From: Chlorobiaceae bacterium
GTDB lineage: Bacteria > Bacteroidota > Chlorobiia > Chlorobiales > Chlorobiaceae
NCBI GenBank assembly: GCA_013335115.1
Contig: JAAXWQ010000004.1
Location: 45,974-109,973, forward strand
Direction of reading: 5' to 3'
Length of the DNA stretch: 64,000 bases
Shown here piece after piece: positions 1-8,655 of this stretch. Position 1 is the first letter of the stretch. Every line of letters begins with the position of its first letter. The notes beneath the pieces are model-generated. The model was given only the letters and a program-made list of their open reading frames with translations, was not told the DNA's origin and ran no database searches. The position numbers and the translations under genes are program-made.

Positions 1-1774
1 CGGCAGCGATGTCATCCTTGTTGATATCGCTTTCGGGGGTGTAGGGCGCTTTCGTGGTGGTTGTCCACGGAAGGCTGCTGGTGTAGGTGTCTTCGCCCAC
101 GCTGCCGGAATCAATCATCGAAGGAAGGAGGATGTCCGGGAGTACTCCTATGTGCTGGGTGCTGCCTCCCGAGATGCGATAGAATTTGGCGATCGTCAAC
201 TTGAGCTGTCCGAGGTCGGGTTGCTTGCCGAACATGCTGAACGGACGCTGGAGGCGGACGATGCTCTGCACCGTGCCCTTGCCGAAGGTCCTCTCCCCCA
301 CGATCAGGCCTCGCCCGTAGTCCTGGATGGCCGCGGCGAAGATCTCCGAGGCCGATGCGCTGTAACGGTTCACCAGCACGGCGAGGGGCCCGTCGTACTG
401 CTCGCGGGCGTCTTCGTCGCGAAGTACGGTCTTGCCGCCCCTGGAATCGCTGACCTGGACGACGGGGCCGTCGTGGATGAACAGGCCGGTGACGTTGACC
501 GCTTCTTCCAGCGAGCCTCCGCCGTTTTCCCTGAGGTCGATGATGATCCCTTCGACCTTTTGACGTTTCAGTTCACCAAGTATCCTTGCGACGTCCCGGG
601 AGGTGCTGGCGTAGTTCTTTTTGTGCTGGCGCTCGCCGTCGAAATCAAGGTAGAACGACGGGATGACGATGACGCCGATCTTGTGGCCGTCCTCCGTGAT
701 GATCCTTTTCTGCGCCGCCTGCTCCTGCAGGTCGATCCGGTCCCTTACCAGCCGGATGGTCTTCGATGGTCCCTTGCCTGCCTGGCTTGCCGGGAGGATG
801 TTCAGCCGCACTACGGTGCCTTTCTTGCCCCGGATCTGCTTGACCACGTCGTTGATCCGCCAGCCGATCACGTCCACGATTTCGCCGGTTGCGCCCTGCC
901 CGACGCCGGTGATCCTGTCGCCCTTCTTCAGGAGGTTGCTCTTGAATGCCGGGCCACCCGGGATGATTTCGTTGACTACGGTATACTCGTTCTCTGTCTG
1001 GAGCTTGGCGCCGATTCCTTCGAGCGAACGGCTCATGTCGATCTGGAAGTTCTCGAACTCTTCAGGCGAGAAGTAGCTCGTATGGGGATCGAACGAGGTG
1101 GTCAGCGCGTAGGTGTATGCCAGGAATGCATCTTCCGGCTTCTGGCGGTCGAGCAGCTTGAGGCGGTTGGTATAGCTCTTGATCAGTGCCGACGAGATGT
1201 TCTTGTTGCTGTCCCCGGCATACTTCATGCCCAGGTACTGGTATTTCAGCTCTTTTCGCCAGAGCTCCTGGAGCTGGCTCCGGTCAGTCGGCCACGGCGC
1301 ACTCTTCCGATCGATGCTGAGTGACTCGGGAACCGTGAAATTGAATTTCGCTCCGGCCTTCAGGATCGTGATCATGTAATCCATCTTTTCACGGGCCCGC
1401 TGCAGGAACATGTTGTAGATGGTGAAGCCTGAGGACGGGTTTCCCGAAACGAAGTCGTCGTCGATCCTGGCGCCGACATCCTTCCTGAGGCGCTCGACTT
1501 CGGAAGCCATGAAATAGCTTCGGTTGTTGTCGAGGTTTTCAAGGAAGCGGTTGAATACCTGCTGCGAGAGCGAGTCGTTTGCCGGCACCTTCCGATAGTG
1601 GTTCTGAAGCAGGTACTGGGCGATGTAGCGGGACGCCTCCTCCTCCGACGAGGTAGGCTTCAGGACGGACGACGCCGGCCGGTTGACTACGGCACGGGCG
1701 CCCGATCCCGGCACCAGCAGGGCCAGGGAGAATATCAAAACCGAAAAAACAGGGATACGAAGCTTCTTCATCAT
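1..1774 (-). CDS. prc: Tail-specific / C-terminal processing protease (peptidase S41), 3' end cut by window edge
   Basis: Not in the ORF track, because there is no stop inside the window. Hand translation of the minus strand from ATG at 1774 gives MMKKLRIPVFSVLIFSLALLVPGSGARA (signal peptide). It continues ...GIGAKLQTENEYTVVNEIIPGGPAFKSNLLKKGDRITGV (PDZ-like), ...IIIDLRENGGGSLEEA and ...RYSASASEIFAAAIQDYGRGLIVGERTFGKGTVQ (S41 Ser/Lys catalytic region). The frame stays open to position 1. The + strand ORF 152..1324 is its antisense shadow. Confidence 0.85.
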   Translation of the reverse strand, partial: MMKKLRIPVFSVLIFSLALLVPGSGARAVVNRPASSVLKPTSSEEEASRYIAQYLLQNHYRKVPANDSLSQQVFNRFLENLDNNRSYFMASEVERLRKDVGARIDDDFVSGNPSSGFTIYNMFLQRAREKMDYMITILKAGAKFNFTVPESLSIDRKSAPWPTDRSQLQELWRKELKYQYLGMKYAGDSNKNISSALIKSYTNRLKLLDRQKPEDAFLAYTYALTTSFDPHTSYFSPEEFENFQIDMSRSLEGIGAKLQTENEYTVVNEIIPGGPAFKSNLLKKGDRITGVGQGATGEIVDVIGWRINDVVKQIRGKKGTVVRLNILPASQAGKGPSKTIRLVRDRIDLQEQAAQKRIITEDGHKIGVIVIPSFYLDFDGERQHKKNYASTSRDVARILGELKRQKVEGIIIDLRENGGGSLEEAVNVTGLFIHDGPVVQVSDSRGGKTVLRDEDAREQYDGPLAVLVNRYSASASEIFAAAIQDYGRGLIVGERTFGKGTVQSIVRLQRPFSMFGKQPDLGQLKLTIAKFYRISGGSTQHIGVLPDILLPSMIDSGSVGEDTYTSSLPWTTTTKAPYTPESDINKDDIAA

Positions 1775-1950
1775 CGTCGACGATGCTTGTTAGGAATTCT
1801 GTGGAATGGAACGGATAGCCATGTAACTGATCGCAGAATCCAATATATTACATTACGGATGACTCTTTCAGCTACACCCGTTTTTTTTATGGATCGTATG
1901 AAAAAAATCTGATCCTGCTTACATACAACATCAAAAGGAGAGCCTTGTTT

Positions 1951-2925
1951 ATGGAAAAGAAAACCACCAGTTACAAAGAGCTTGGACTGGTCAACAGCCG
2001 CGATTTATTCGCTCAGGCGGTGAAGGGGGGATATGCGATCCCGGCTTATAACTTCAACAACCTGGAGCAGCTCCAGGCAATCGTCATGGCTTGCGTCGAA
2101 ACCTCGTCGCCGGTCATCCTGCAGGTCTCGAAGGGCGCGCGCAGCTATGCCAACCAGACCCTCCTGCGCCATCTGGCCGCCGGTGCCGTCGAATATGCCG
2201 CCGAACTCGGCAAGCAGGTCCCGATCGTGCTGCACCTCGATCACGGCGACAGCTTCGAGCTTTGCAAGGACTGCATCGAGACCGGGTTCTCCTCGGTGAT
2301 GATCGATGGGTCGCACCTCAGCTATGAGGATAACGTGAAGCTTACCCGCCAGGTCGTCGAATACGCCCACCAGCACGACGTCACGGTCGAAGGCGAGCTT
2401 GGCGTGCTTGCCGGCATCGAGGACGAGGTCCATGCCGCGCACCACACCTACACGGAGCCCGACCAGGTCGAGGACTTCGTCGGCAAGACCGGCGTCGACA
2501 GCCTCGCCATCGCGATCGGCACCTCGCATGGCGCCTTCAAGTTCAAGCCCGGCGAAGATCCCAAGATCAGGCTCGACATCCTCCGCGAGATCGAACAGCG
2601 CATCCCCGGCTTCCCGATCGTGCTTCACGGCGCTTCATCGGTTCCTCAGGAGCTGGTGCAGACCATCAACGCCCACGGCGGTAAGCTCAAGGACGCCATC
2701 GGTATCGGCGAGGACCAGCTCAGGGAGGCAGCCCGCTCGGCCGTTTGCAAGATCAACATCGACTCCGACGGCAGGCTTGCCATGACCGCAGCTATCCGGA
2801 AGGTGTTCGACGAGAAGCCGGAAGAGTTCGACCCCCGCAAATACCTCGGCCCGGCACGTGATTCCCTCAAGCAGCTCTACATGCATAAAATCGTGAATGT
2901 ACTCGGCTCCAACGGCAAGGCGTAA
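1951..2925 (+). CDS. fba: Fructose-bisphosphate aldolase, class II
   Basis: Track ORF 1945..2925. An ATG at 1951 lies 10 nt after AAGGAG (1935-1940). The translation ...GYAIPAYNFNNLEQLQAIVMACVETSSPVILQVSKGARSY...LHLDHGDS...IGTSHGAFKF...LHGASSVP is typical of class II FBA. Confidence 0.93.
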   Translation: MEKKTTSYKELGLVNSRDLFAQAVKGGYAIPAYNFNNLEQLQAIVMACVETSSPVILQVSKGARSYANQTLLRHLAAGAVEYAAELGKQVPIVLHLDHGDSFELCKDCIETGFSSVMIDGSHLSYEDNVKLTRQVVEYAHQHDVTVEGELGVLAGIEDEVHAAHHTYTEPDQVEDFVGKTGVDSLAIAIGTSHGAFKFKPGEDPKIRLDILREIEQRIPGFPIVLHGASSVPQELVQTINAHGGKLKDAIGIGEDQLREAARSAVCKINIDSDGRLAMTAAIRKVFDEKPEEFDPRKYLGPARDSLKQLYMHKIVNVLGSNGKA

Positions 2926-2949
2926 ACCTCTTTTCGGGGAATAGGAAAA

Positions 2950-3050
2950 GGACATAAAGGACCCAAAGGACTCAAAGGACATCAGGGAAAAGAGAAGGAA
3001 GCATCTCTTAAACCCTGTTGTCCTTGCTGTCCCTTCTGTCCTTTAGGTCC
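2950..3050. repeat. Long imperfect inverted repeat built from AAAGGAC / GTCCTT units. Probable bidirectional terminator between convergent fba and the M20D gene
   Basis: Left arm 2950..2987 is ggacataaaggacccaaaggactcaaaggacatcaggg. The reverse complement of right arm 3013..3050 is ggacctaaaggacagaagggacagcaaggacaacaggg, which matches the left arm at most positions. The right arm is followed by a T-run. The arm contains gtccttgctgtccc, which recurs at 45262..45275. Confidence 0.7.
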
Positions 3051-3074
3051 TTTTTTCTTTTCCTTCCTTCCAGC

Positions 3075-4331
3075 TTACGTACAGGATTCCAGGTACCTCA
3101 TCGCCAGGAAGCTCATGAGGCCGACGCCGGTTTCGAGGCTCGATTCGTCGGGGTCGAAGGTCGGCGAGTGGAGGTTATTGCCCGGTTGGGTGTCCGCACT
3201 GCCGGTTCCGATCTGCCAGAAGGTGCCGCGGCACTCCCGGAGGTAGTAGGCGAAGTCTTCGGCTGTCATCAGCGGCTCTGAATGGAGGACTTTTCCCTCG
3301 CCGAGATAGGCTTTTCCGGCCTCCCAGGCAAAATCGGTCGTCTCCGGATCATTGTACAGCACCGGGTACCCGGTACGGATCTCCACCGTGGCTTCCACGC
3401 CGAAGGCGTCCGCCACCTGCCGGACCGTCCGTTCGAGCCGTTCGTGCAGCCTGGACCGCAGTTCCTCGTTCATGGTGCGCATCGTACCCGACATGCTCAC
3501 TTTGCCGGGGATGACGTTCGTAGCGTTTCCTCCATTGATCGAGCAGATCGACAGTACCGCCGGTTCGTGCGGGGGCGAAAGCCTGCTGACCAGATGCTGG
3601 AGCGCCGTGACGATATGGGCGGAGGCAAGGATCGGGTCTCGTGTCCGGTGCGGTGCGGAAGCATGGCCCCCCTGGCCGAGGACGGTGATGTAGAGCTCGT
3701 CGGCGGCAGCCATGAAACTGCCCTTGCAGAGCGCGACGCTTCCTGTCGGAACGCTCGGGAAGCAGTGCTGGGCGAAAATGGCCGAGGGGCGGTACTTGTC
3801 CAGGAGGCCCGCGTCGATCAACGGCTTCGCCCCTCCGGGCGCCTTCTCCTCGGCAGGCTGGAAGATGAGCAGCACATCGCCGGCCATCTTGTCCCTCATG
3901 CCCGCAAGCAGTTTGGCGGTGCCAAGCAGCATCGCCGAATGCATGTCGTGGCCGCAGGCGTGCATGCATCCCGAGGTTTCGGAACAGAAGCCGTGGGCGT
4001 TCTCCTCAAGCACCGGAAGCGCATCGATATCCGCGCGAAGCGCGACGGTCCGTTTCATGCCGGAACCGGGTGTTGCATGGCCCTTGATGAGGGCCACGAC
4101 GCCGGTTTCCATAAGTTGCGGCTCAGGCGTGATGCCGAGCGCTTCGAGGTATTCCCTGATGAACTTCGTCGTGCCGAACTCCTGGTAGGAGAGTTCCGGA
4201 TGCCGGTGGATCTCCCGGCGCAGGTTCACGACTTCCGGATGCATATCCCTTGCCGCCTGTCGGATCGTGGCGGCAAGCGTACTGAATGGTTCGACTTGCA
4301 TAACGTGCTCGAATAATGGGGGTTGTATCAC
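3075..4331 (-). CDS. M20D-family amidohydrolase (N-acyl-L-amino acid amidohydrolase / hippurate hydrolase-like)
   Basis: 418-aa ORF. Motifs: NLRREIHRHPELSYQEFGTTKFI, ALRADIDALPV and MHACGHDMH, which are M20D metal-binding signatures. There is a 4-nt overlap with the upstream CBS gene. Confidence 0.85.
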   Translation of the reverse strand: MIQPPLFEHVMQVEPFSTLAATIRQAARDMHPEVVNLRREIHRHPELSYQEFGTTKFIREYLEALGITPEPQLMETGVVALIKGHATPGSGMKRTVALRADIDALPVLEENAHGFCSETSGCMHACGHDMHSAMLLGTAKLLAGMRDKMAGDVLLIFQPAEEKAPGGAKPLIDAGLLDKYRPSAIFAQHCFPSVPTGSVALCKGSFMAAADELYITVLGQGGHASAPHRTRDPILASAHIVTALQHLVSRLSPPHEPAVLSICSINGGNATNVIPGKVSMSGTMRTMNEELRSRLHERLERTVRQVADAFGVEATVEIRTGYPVLYNDPETTDFAWEAGKAYLGEGKVLHSEPLMTAEDFAYYLRECRGTFWQIGTGSADTQPGNNLHSPTFDPDESSLETGVGLMSFLAMRYLESCT

Positions 4332-5011
4332 ATATCCATATACCGGATGAACTCAAGCGCCTTTTCGCGCATGTCGTCGTAACCGGAATCGGGATACTCG
4401 GTGTTATAGGTGATCAGATAGCCGTATTTCTCAAGGTTCCTGACAAGCCGGAAAAAGTCATGGCTTACCACCCTGAAGGTCAGCAGTTGCCCTTCTCCCA
4501 TCGTGCCATAAGGTTTCGACGAGCAATGCAACACGAACGCGTCGTTTTTCTCGATGGCCGCAATGATCTCGGAAAGCCTGACTCCCGGTGGTGGGACCTC
4601 CATTTCGATTGTCGAGGCTTCTGATTCTGCATGCAGCAAGCTGGCCATCATCATGAATATCGCGCGCTTCGTGACTGCACCGGCGTATTCCCTCTCCTCG
4701 TCGAGCACGGCAATCACTTCGGCATCGACCGTCGAAACAGCCTCAAGGCTCTCGATGATCACGGCGTCCCCCGAGAAGCCTGGCACAGGATCGAGCGTGA
4801 CGGAACGCAGGGTTGTCTGCCGTGCCGGGAACGCCTTCCTTCCGGCGAGCAGGCCAGGAAGGGTTGCCATGCCGACATAACGCTTCCCGTCGAGCACCGG
4901 CGCCGCCGAAATGCCTGCCTCGGCAAGCAGCTTTGCAGCGTCGGCTGCGGCGTCATCGAGGCTGAATGCCGGGTAATCCGCCTCGATCATCGATGCGAAG
5001 GTCGTCGGCAT
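4328..5011 (-). CDS. CBS-domain pair protein with C-terminal ACT-like region (AcuB-like architecture)
   Basis: 227-aa ORF with two CBS-like segments (ISAAPVLDGKRYVGMATLPGLL; EVIAVLDEEREYAGAVTKRAI). It is directly abutted by rpiB (5012) and overlaps the M20D gene by 4 nt. Confidence 0.65.
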   Translation of the reverse strand: MPTTFASMIEADYPAFSLDDAAADAAKLLAEAGISAAPVLDGKRYVGMATLPGLLAGRKAFPARQTTLRSVTLDPVPGFSGDAVIIESLEAVSTVDAEVIAVLDEEREYAGAVTKRAIFMMMASLLHAESEASTIEMEVPPPGVRLSEIIAAIEKNDAFVLHCSSKPYGTMGEGQLLTFRVVSHDFFRLVRNLEKYGYLITYNTEYPDSGYDDMREKALEFIRYMDM

Positions 5012-5446
5012 TCAGCAGCAGGGCTCGATCTTGTCGACCCGGCGCTGGTGGCGGCCACCCTCGAACTCTGATCCAAACCAGCTTTCAAGGATCCGGCCTG
5101 CTGTCTCGAAATCGTTGAACCGTGCCGAGAAACAGAGCACATTCGCATTGTTGTGCTGCCTTGCGAGCGCTGCGAACTCGGGGCTGCAGGCAAGCGCCGC
5201 CCTGACTCCGGGCACCTTGTTGGCCGCGATGGAGACGCCGATACCCGTGCCGCACATCAGGATGCCCTGGTCGAATTTGGCATGGGCGACCGACTCGGCG
5301 ACTTTCCTGGCGTAATCCGGATAATCTACCGACTCTTCAGAATAGGGACCCATGTCCTCGAAATCGTAGCCGTGGCGCTCGAGCCACGAAAGCACGAATT
5401 TCTTCATTTCATAACCGGCATGATCGCTTCCCACTGCAATTTTCAT
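5012..5446 (-). CDS. rpiB: Ribose-5-phosphate isomerase B
   Basis: [18 protein letters not shown]...[26 protein letters not shown]...[13 protein letters not shown] is the canonical RpiB/LacAB family sequence. Confidence 0.93.
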   Translation of the reverse strand: MKIAVGSDHAGYEMKKFVLSWLERHGYDFEDMGPYSEESVDYPDYARKVAESVAHAKFDQGILMCGTGIGVSIAANKVPGVRAALACSPEFAALARQHNNANVLCFSARFNDFETAGRILESWFGSEFEGGRHQRRVDKIEPCC

Positions 5447-7584
5447 ATTCCGTTGACTTTGGTTTTCAGGTGTTTTTTCCTTTTCGAGGACTGTCGCATG
5501 AACAGCTTCTGGCTGTTGACTGGCCGCCCCTCACGCTTTCGGCCATAGGTTCCGTCAGGACGCATCTCCCATGATTTCCTGTTGTCGGCAAGCATGAGGT
5601 CGAGATCCGACCTCACCGAGTCGACCAGACTTTGGTCGACGACCGGGAAGATGGTTTCAACCCGCTTGTCGAGGTTCCTGGGCATGAAATCCGCGCTACC
5701 AAGGAACAGCTCCCCTTTGCCGCCGTTCCCGAAATAGTAGGCCCGGCTGTGCTCGAGGAATCGTCCGATGATGCTGCAGACGCGGATGTTGACGCTTACG
5801 CCGGGTATGCCCGGTTTCAGGCAGCATATCCCCCTGACGAGCAGGTCGATCCGCACCCCTTGGCAGGATGCCCGGTAGAGTGCGCTGATCACCTCTTCGT
5901 CGACCAGGGCGTTCATTTTGAGGATGATATGTCCGTTCCCCTCCCGCTGCTGCCATGCTGTTTCCCGTTCGATCAACGACATGATCCATTTCCGGGTGTT
6001 CACCGGCGAGACGATGAGCGACTGGTAGTTCCTGTTCTTCGAATAACCGGTCAGGGAGTTGAACAGTTCAGACACGTCGTCTGCCAGCGGCCTGTTGGTC
6101 GTGAAGTAGCTGTAGTCGGTGTAGACCTTCGCGGTCGCCGGGTTGTAGTTCCCGGTACCGAGGTGCAGGTAGTGGCAAAGCCTCCCCTGTTCCCTTCGGA
6201 CGATGAGGGTCAGCTTGGCATGGGTCTTGAGGCCCGGCAGGCCGTAGACGACATGGGCCCCGACATCTTCGAGTGCCCTTGCCCAGACGATGTTGTTTTC
6301 TTCGTCGAAGCGCGCCTTCAGTTCGACCAGGACGGCAACCTGCTTCCCCTGTTCGACGGCGAACATCAGCGCCTTGACCATCGGGGAGTTGTTTCCGACA
6401 CGATACAGGGTCTGTTTGATCGACAGGACGTCGGGATCCCTGGCCGCCTGCCAGATCAGCTCCTCCACCGGGGTAAACGAATCATACGGGTGGTGCAGCA
6501 GCAGGTCCCCCGCTTTCATGAGGGTGAAAAGGTTCACCGAACCAGAGGTGCTTTCGAGGGGGCTGTTCGGTACGAATGGCTCGTCCTTGAGCTCCGGCCT
6601 TTCGATTTTCAGCAACTCCATCACCGAGCTGAGGCCGAGCACCCCGCCGATCTCGAAGAGGTTCCGGTCATCGACCTCGAGGTTCTTGACCAGCACCTTC
6701 CTGATGGAGATCGGCATATCGGGGGTGATGTCGAGCCGGACCACCTTCCCGTAGCGGCGGGAACGAAGCCCCTGTTCGATACTCTCGAGAAGGTCGCCCG
6801 CCTCGTCCTCTTCGATCTCGATGTCGGCATCGCGGATGATCCGGAACGGATGGCACTGCATGATCCGCATCTTTGGAAAGAGCTGGTCGAGGTTGTGTTC
6901 GATGAAATTCTCCATCCACACCAGGCGCACCGTATCGTCCCCGAACTCGAGCCCCTTGACCTCGTCCAGTCGCAGGATACGCGGTAGCGTGCCGGGCACC
7001 TTGACCCTGGCGAACCTGACTGTCCCGGTTTCCTGGTCTTCAAGCTCGATGGCCAGGTTCAGCGACAGGTTGGACATGAACGGGAAGGGGTGTCCCGTAT
7101 CGAACGCCAGCGGCGTCAGGACCGGGTAGATCTCCTCCCTGAAATAGCGTCGAAGCACCGCCTGCTGGCGCTCCGGCAGGAGCGAACAGCTCACGAACCC
7201 GATGCCGCGCGTTTCGAGTTCCGGGCAGATATCCTGGAAGAAGCAGTCGTTGCGTACCTGCAACTGTTCGAGCACGCGGTGGCGGATCATGTCGAGCGTC
7301 TCCTGGGGGGTAAGCCCGTCCATCGTGCGATCGATGATGCCCGCTGCACACTGGTCGTCCAGGCCGGCAACCCTGATCATGAAGAACTCGTCGAGGTTGG
7401 AGCTGAAGATCGATACGAACTTGACCCGTTCGAGCAGCGGATGGGCGTCACGGTCCAGGGCCTCCTGCAACACGCGCTGATTGAAGTCCATCCAGCTCAG
7501 CTCACGGTTCACGAAAAGCGACGGGTCGTGCAGGTCCCGTTCGAACCGTTTTGTCGCCGATGTCATTTGTTCGCCGTTCTTCAT
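5443..7584 (-). CDS. ppk: Polyphosphate kinase 1
   Basis: 713 aa. Motifs: [45 protein letters not shown] and the C-terminal PLD-like repeats. There are ATGA overlaps with both flanking genes. Confidence 0.95.
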   Translation of the reverse strand: MKNGEQMTSATKRFERDLHDPSLFVNRELSWMDFNQRVLQEALDRDAHPLLERVKFVSIFSSNLDEFFMIRVAGLDDQCAAGIIDRTMDGLTPQETLDMIRHRVLEQLQVRNDCFFQDICPELETRGIGFVSCSLLPERQQAVLRRYFREEIYPVLTPLAFDTGHPFPFMSNLSLNLAIELEDQETGTVRFARVKVPGTLPRILRLDEVKGLEFGDDTVRLVWMENFIEHNLDQLFPKMRIMQCHPFRIIRDADIEIEEDEAGDLLESIEQGLRSRRYGKVVRLDITPDMPISIRKVLVKNLEVDDRNLFEIGGVLGLSSVMELLKIERPELKDEPFVPNSPLESTSGSVNLFTLMKAGDLLLHHPYDSFTPVEELIWQAARDPDVLSIKQTLYRVGNNSPMVKALMFAVEQGKQVAVLVELKARFDEENNIVWARALEDVGAHVVYGLPGLKTHAKLTLIVRREQGRLCHYLHLGTGNYNPATAKVYTDYSYFTTNRPLADDVSELFNSLTGYSKNRNYQSLIVSPVNTRKWIMSLIERETAWQQREGNGHIILKMNALVDEEVISALYRASCQGVRIDLLVRGICCLKPGIPGVSVNIRVCSIIGRFLEHSRAYYFGNGGKGELFLGSADFMPRNLDKRVETIFPVVDQSLVDSVRSDLDLMLADNRKSWEMRPDGTYGRKREGRPVNSQKLFMRQSSKRKKHLKTKVNGI

Positions 7585-8180
7585 CTGCTGCCGTCGATGC
7601 AGTTGATAATTCCAGTTTCAGTAACCACCATGTCGAGATGCTGGTCCCACGGTTCGCAAGGCACGACATCAAGTACCTGGAACCCGAATGCCAGCCCGAT
7701 CCTCAGGGGATGCTCGCCGAGTGAGGCAAGCCGCTCGAAAAAACGGTCGTACCAACCCTTGCCGTATCCGATCCTCCGCCCCAGTCGATCCGTTCCTGCA
7801 AGCGGCACGATCACCAGGTCGAAACCGGCTTCATCTGAGGTAACGAGGGGGTCGGGAACCGGAGGGGCGTTTCCGGGGAAGGAGAAACGTTGCCCTGGAA
7901 GGTACTTTGCCGCGACCATGCGCCCATGGTCAATATAAGGCATATACACCATTTTCCTTTCCGAAGCGAGCCATTCCAGCAATCCTGTCGTCGATACCTC
8001 CCGTTCAGCTTCCATCGAGACATAGCAATGGACCTTCGATGTCGACCGGAGAACCGGCAGGTCCTTCACGACCGCTTCGATGGCCGAGCTCTTCTGCCGC
8101 CACTCCCCCATGCCGAGGGCGCGACGGCGCCGCAACAATTCCCGACGGATCATCGTCTTTTCTCCGCCAGCTTTCGTCAT
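7581..8180 (-). CDS. 5-formyltetrahydrofolate cyclo-ligase (MTHFS)
   Basis: The ORF is open to 8312, but the family N-terminus ([12 protein letters not shown]) begins near in-frame ATGs at 8180 and 8153. Motifs: [32 protein letters not shown]. The region 8181..8312 overlaps the likely promoter of the divergent chlorosome gene. Start is uncertain (8153, 8180 or 8312). Confidence 0.8.
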   Translation of the reverse strand: MTKAGGEKTMIRRELLRRRRALGMGEWRQKSSAIEAVVKDLPVLRSTSKVHCYVSMEAEREVSTTGLLEWLASERKMVYMPYIDHGRMVAAKYLPGQRFSFPGNAPPVPDPLVTSDEAGFDLVIVPLAGTDRLGRRIGYGKGWYDRFFERLASLGEHPLRIGLAFGFQVLDVVPCEPWDQHLDMVVTETGIINCIDGSR

Positions 8181-8291
8181 GGCGTCCCCGTATTGATGTG
8201 TTGCCATAGACGACAAGATACGAAAAGTGCCGTTAACCCCTGGTTGCACGCCTCTGTGGGCTGTGGTGCCTTCCCGGCAAAGGGTTCGGAA

Positions 8292-8299
8292 TATTTTTG
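8292..8299 (+). promoter_or_regulatory. Candidate Bacteroidetes/FCB-type -7 promoter element (TAnnTTTG) upstream of the csmB/F-like gene
   Basis: TATTTTTG lies about 50 nt upstream of ATG 8351. The paralogous gene at 38471 has TATATTTG (38428..38435) in a comparable position. This is motif resemblance only. Confidence 0.3.
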
Positions 8300-8350
8300 T
8301 ATATTCACTCATCGAAGCAATTTTTCCTTAAACCTTCAAATCATACCATT

Positions 8351-8572
8351 ATGGCTAATGAAAACAACCCTGTAGGCGCCGTCAACGAACTGGTTGACGT
8401 GGCATCGAAGACCGCGCAACAGCTTGCCGATACCCTCTGCGGCGGCATAAAGTCTGCTGCCGGGATGGTCGATCCCCTCGGCAAGGCATGTGTCTCCTTC
8501 CTCAGCACCGTGCTTGGTGCTGCCACCCAGCTTTTCGAAGGCGTCGCAGGTTGCTGCGCGCCGAAGAAGTGA
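8351..8572 (+). CDS. Small chlorosome envelope protein, CsmB/CsmF-like (73 aa)
   Basis: ATG at 8351 inside track ORF 8297..8572. The translation is MANENNPVGAVNELVDVASKTAQQLADTLCGGIKSAAGMVDPLGKACVSFLSTVLGAATQLFEGVAGCCAPKK. Size, an Ala/Gly/Val/Leu/Thr/Ser-rich amphipathic character, an internal PLGK and a C-terminal APKK match my recollection of CsmB/CsmF. It is colinear with the paralog at 38471..38695. A strong terminator follows. Confidence 0.6.
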   Translation: MANENNPVGAVNELVDVASKTAQQLADTLCGGIKSAAGMVDPLGKACVSFLSTVLGAATQLFEGVAGCCAPKK

Positions 8573-8593
8573 CGCTGACGACATCGTAAGAAA

Positions 8594-8629
8594 AGACCCG
8601 GGGCCGGAAGGTTCCGGGTCTTTTTTTTT
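8594..8629. terminator. Rho-independent terminator (bidirectional geometry)
   Basis: agacccgg (8594-8601) pairs with ccgggtct (8614-8621) and is followed by a 9-T run. It sits between convergent stops at 8572 (+) and 8656 (-). Confidence 0.85.
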
Positions 8630-8655
8630 CCTCCGCTGAACCGGGCCGTCCCTTT

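Noticed and set aside
152-1324. 390-aa + strand ORF (and nested 663..1076, 1179..1379)
   Set aside because: It lies antisense to the clearly recognisable S41 protease reading frame on the minus strand. The translation is Asp/Arg/Leu/Val-rich shadow sequence with no family motifs.
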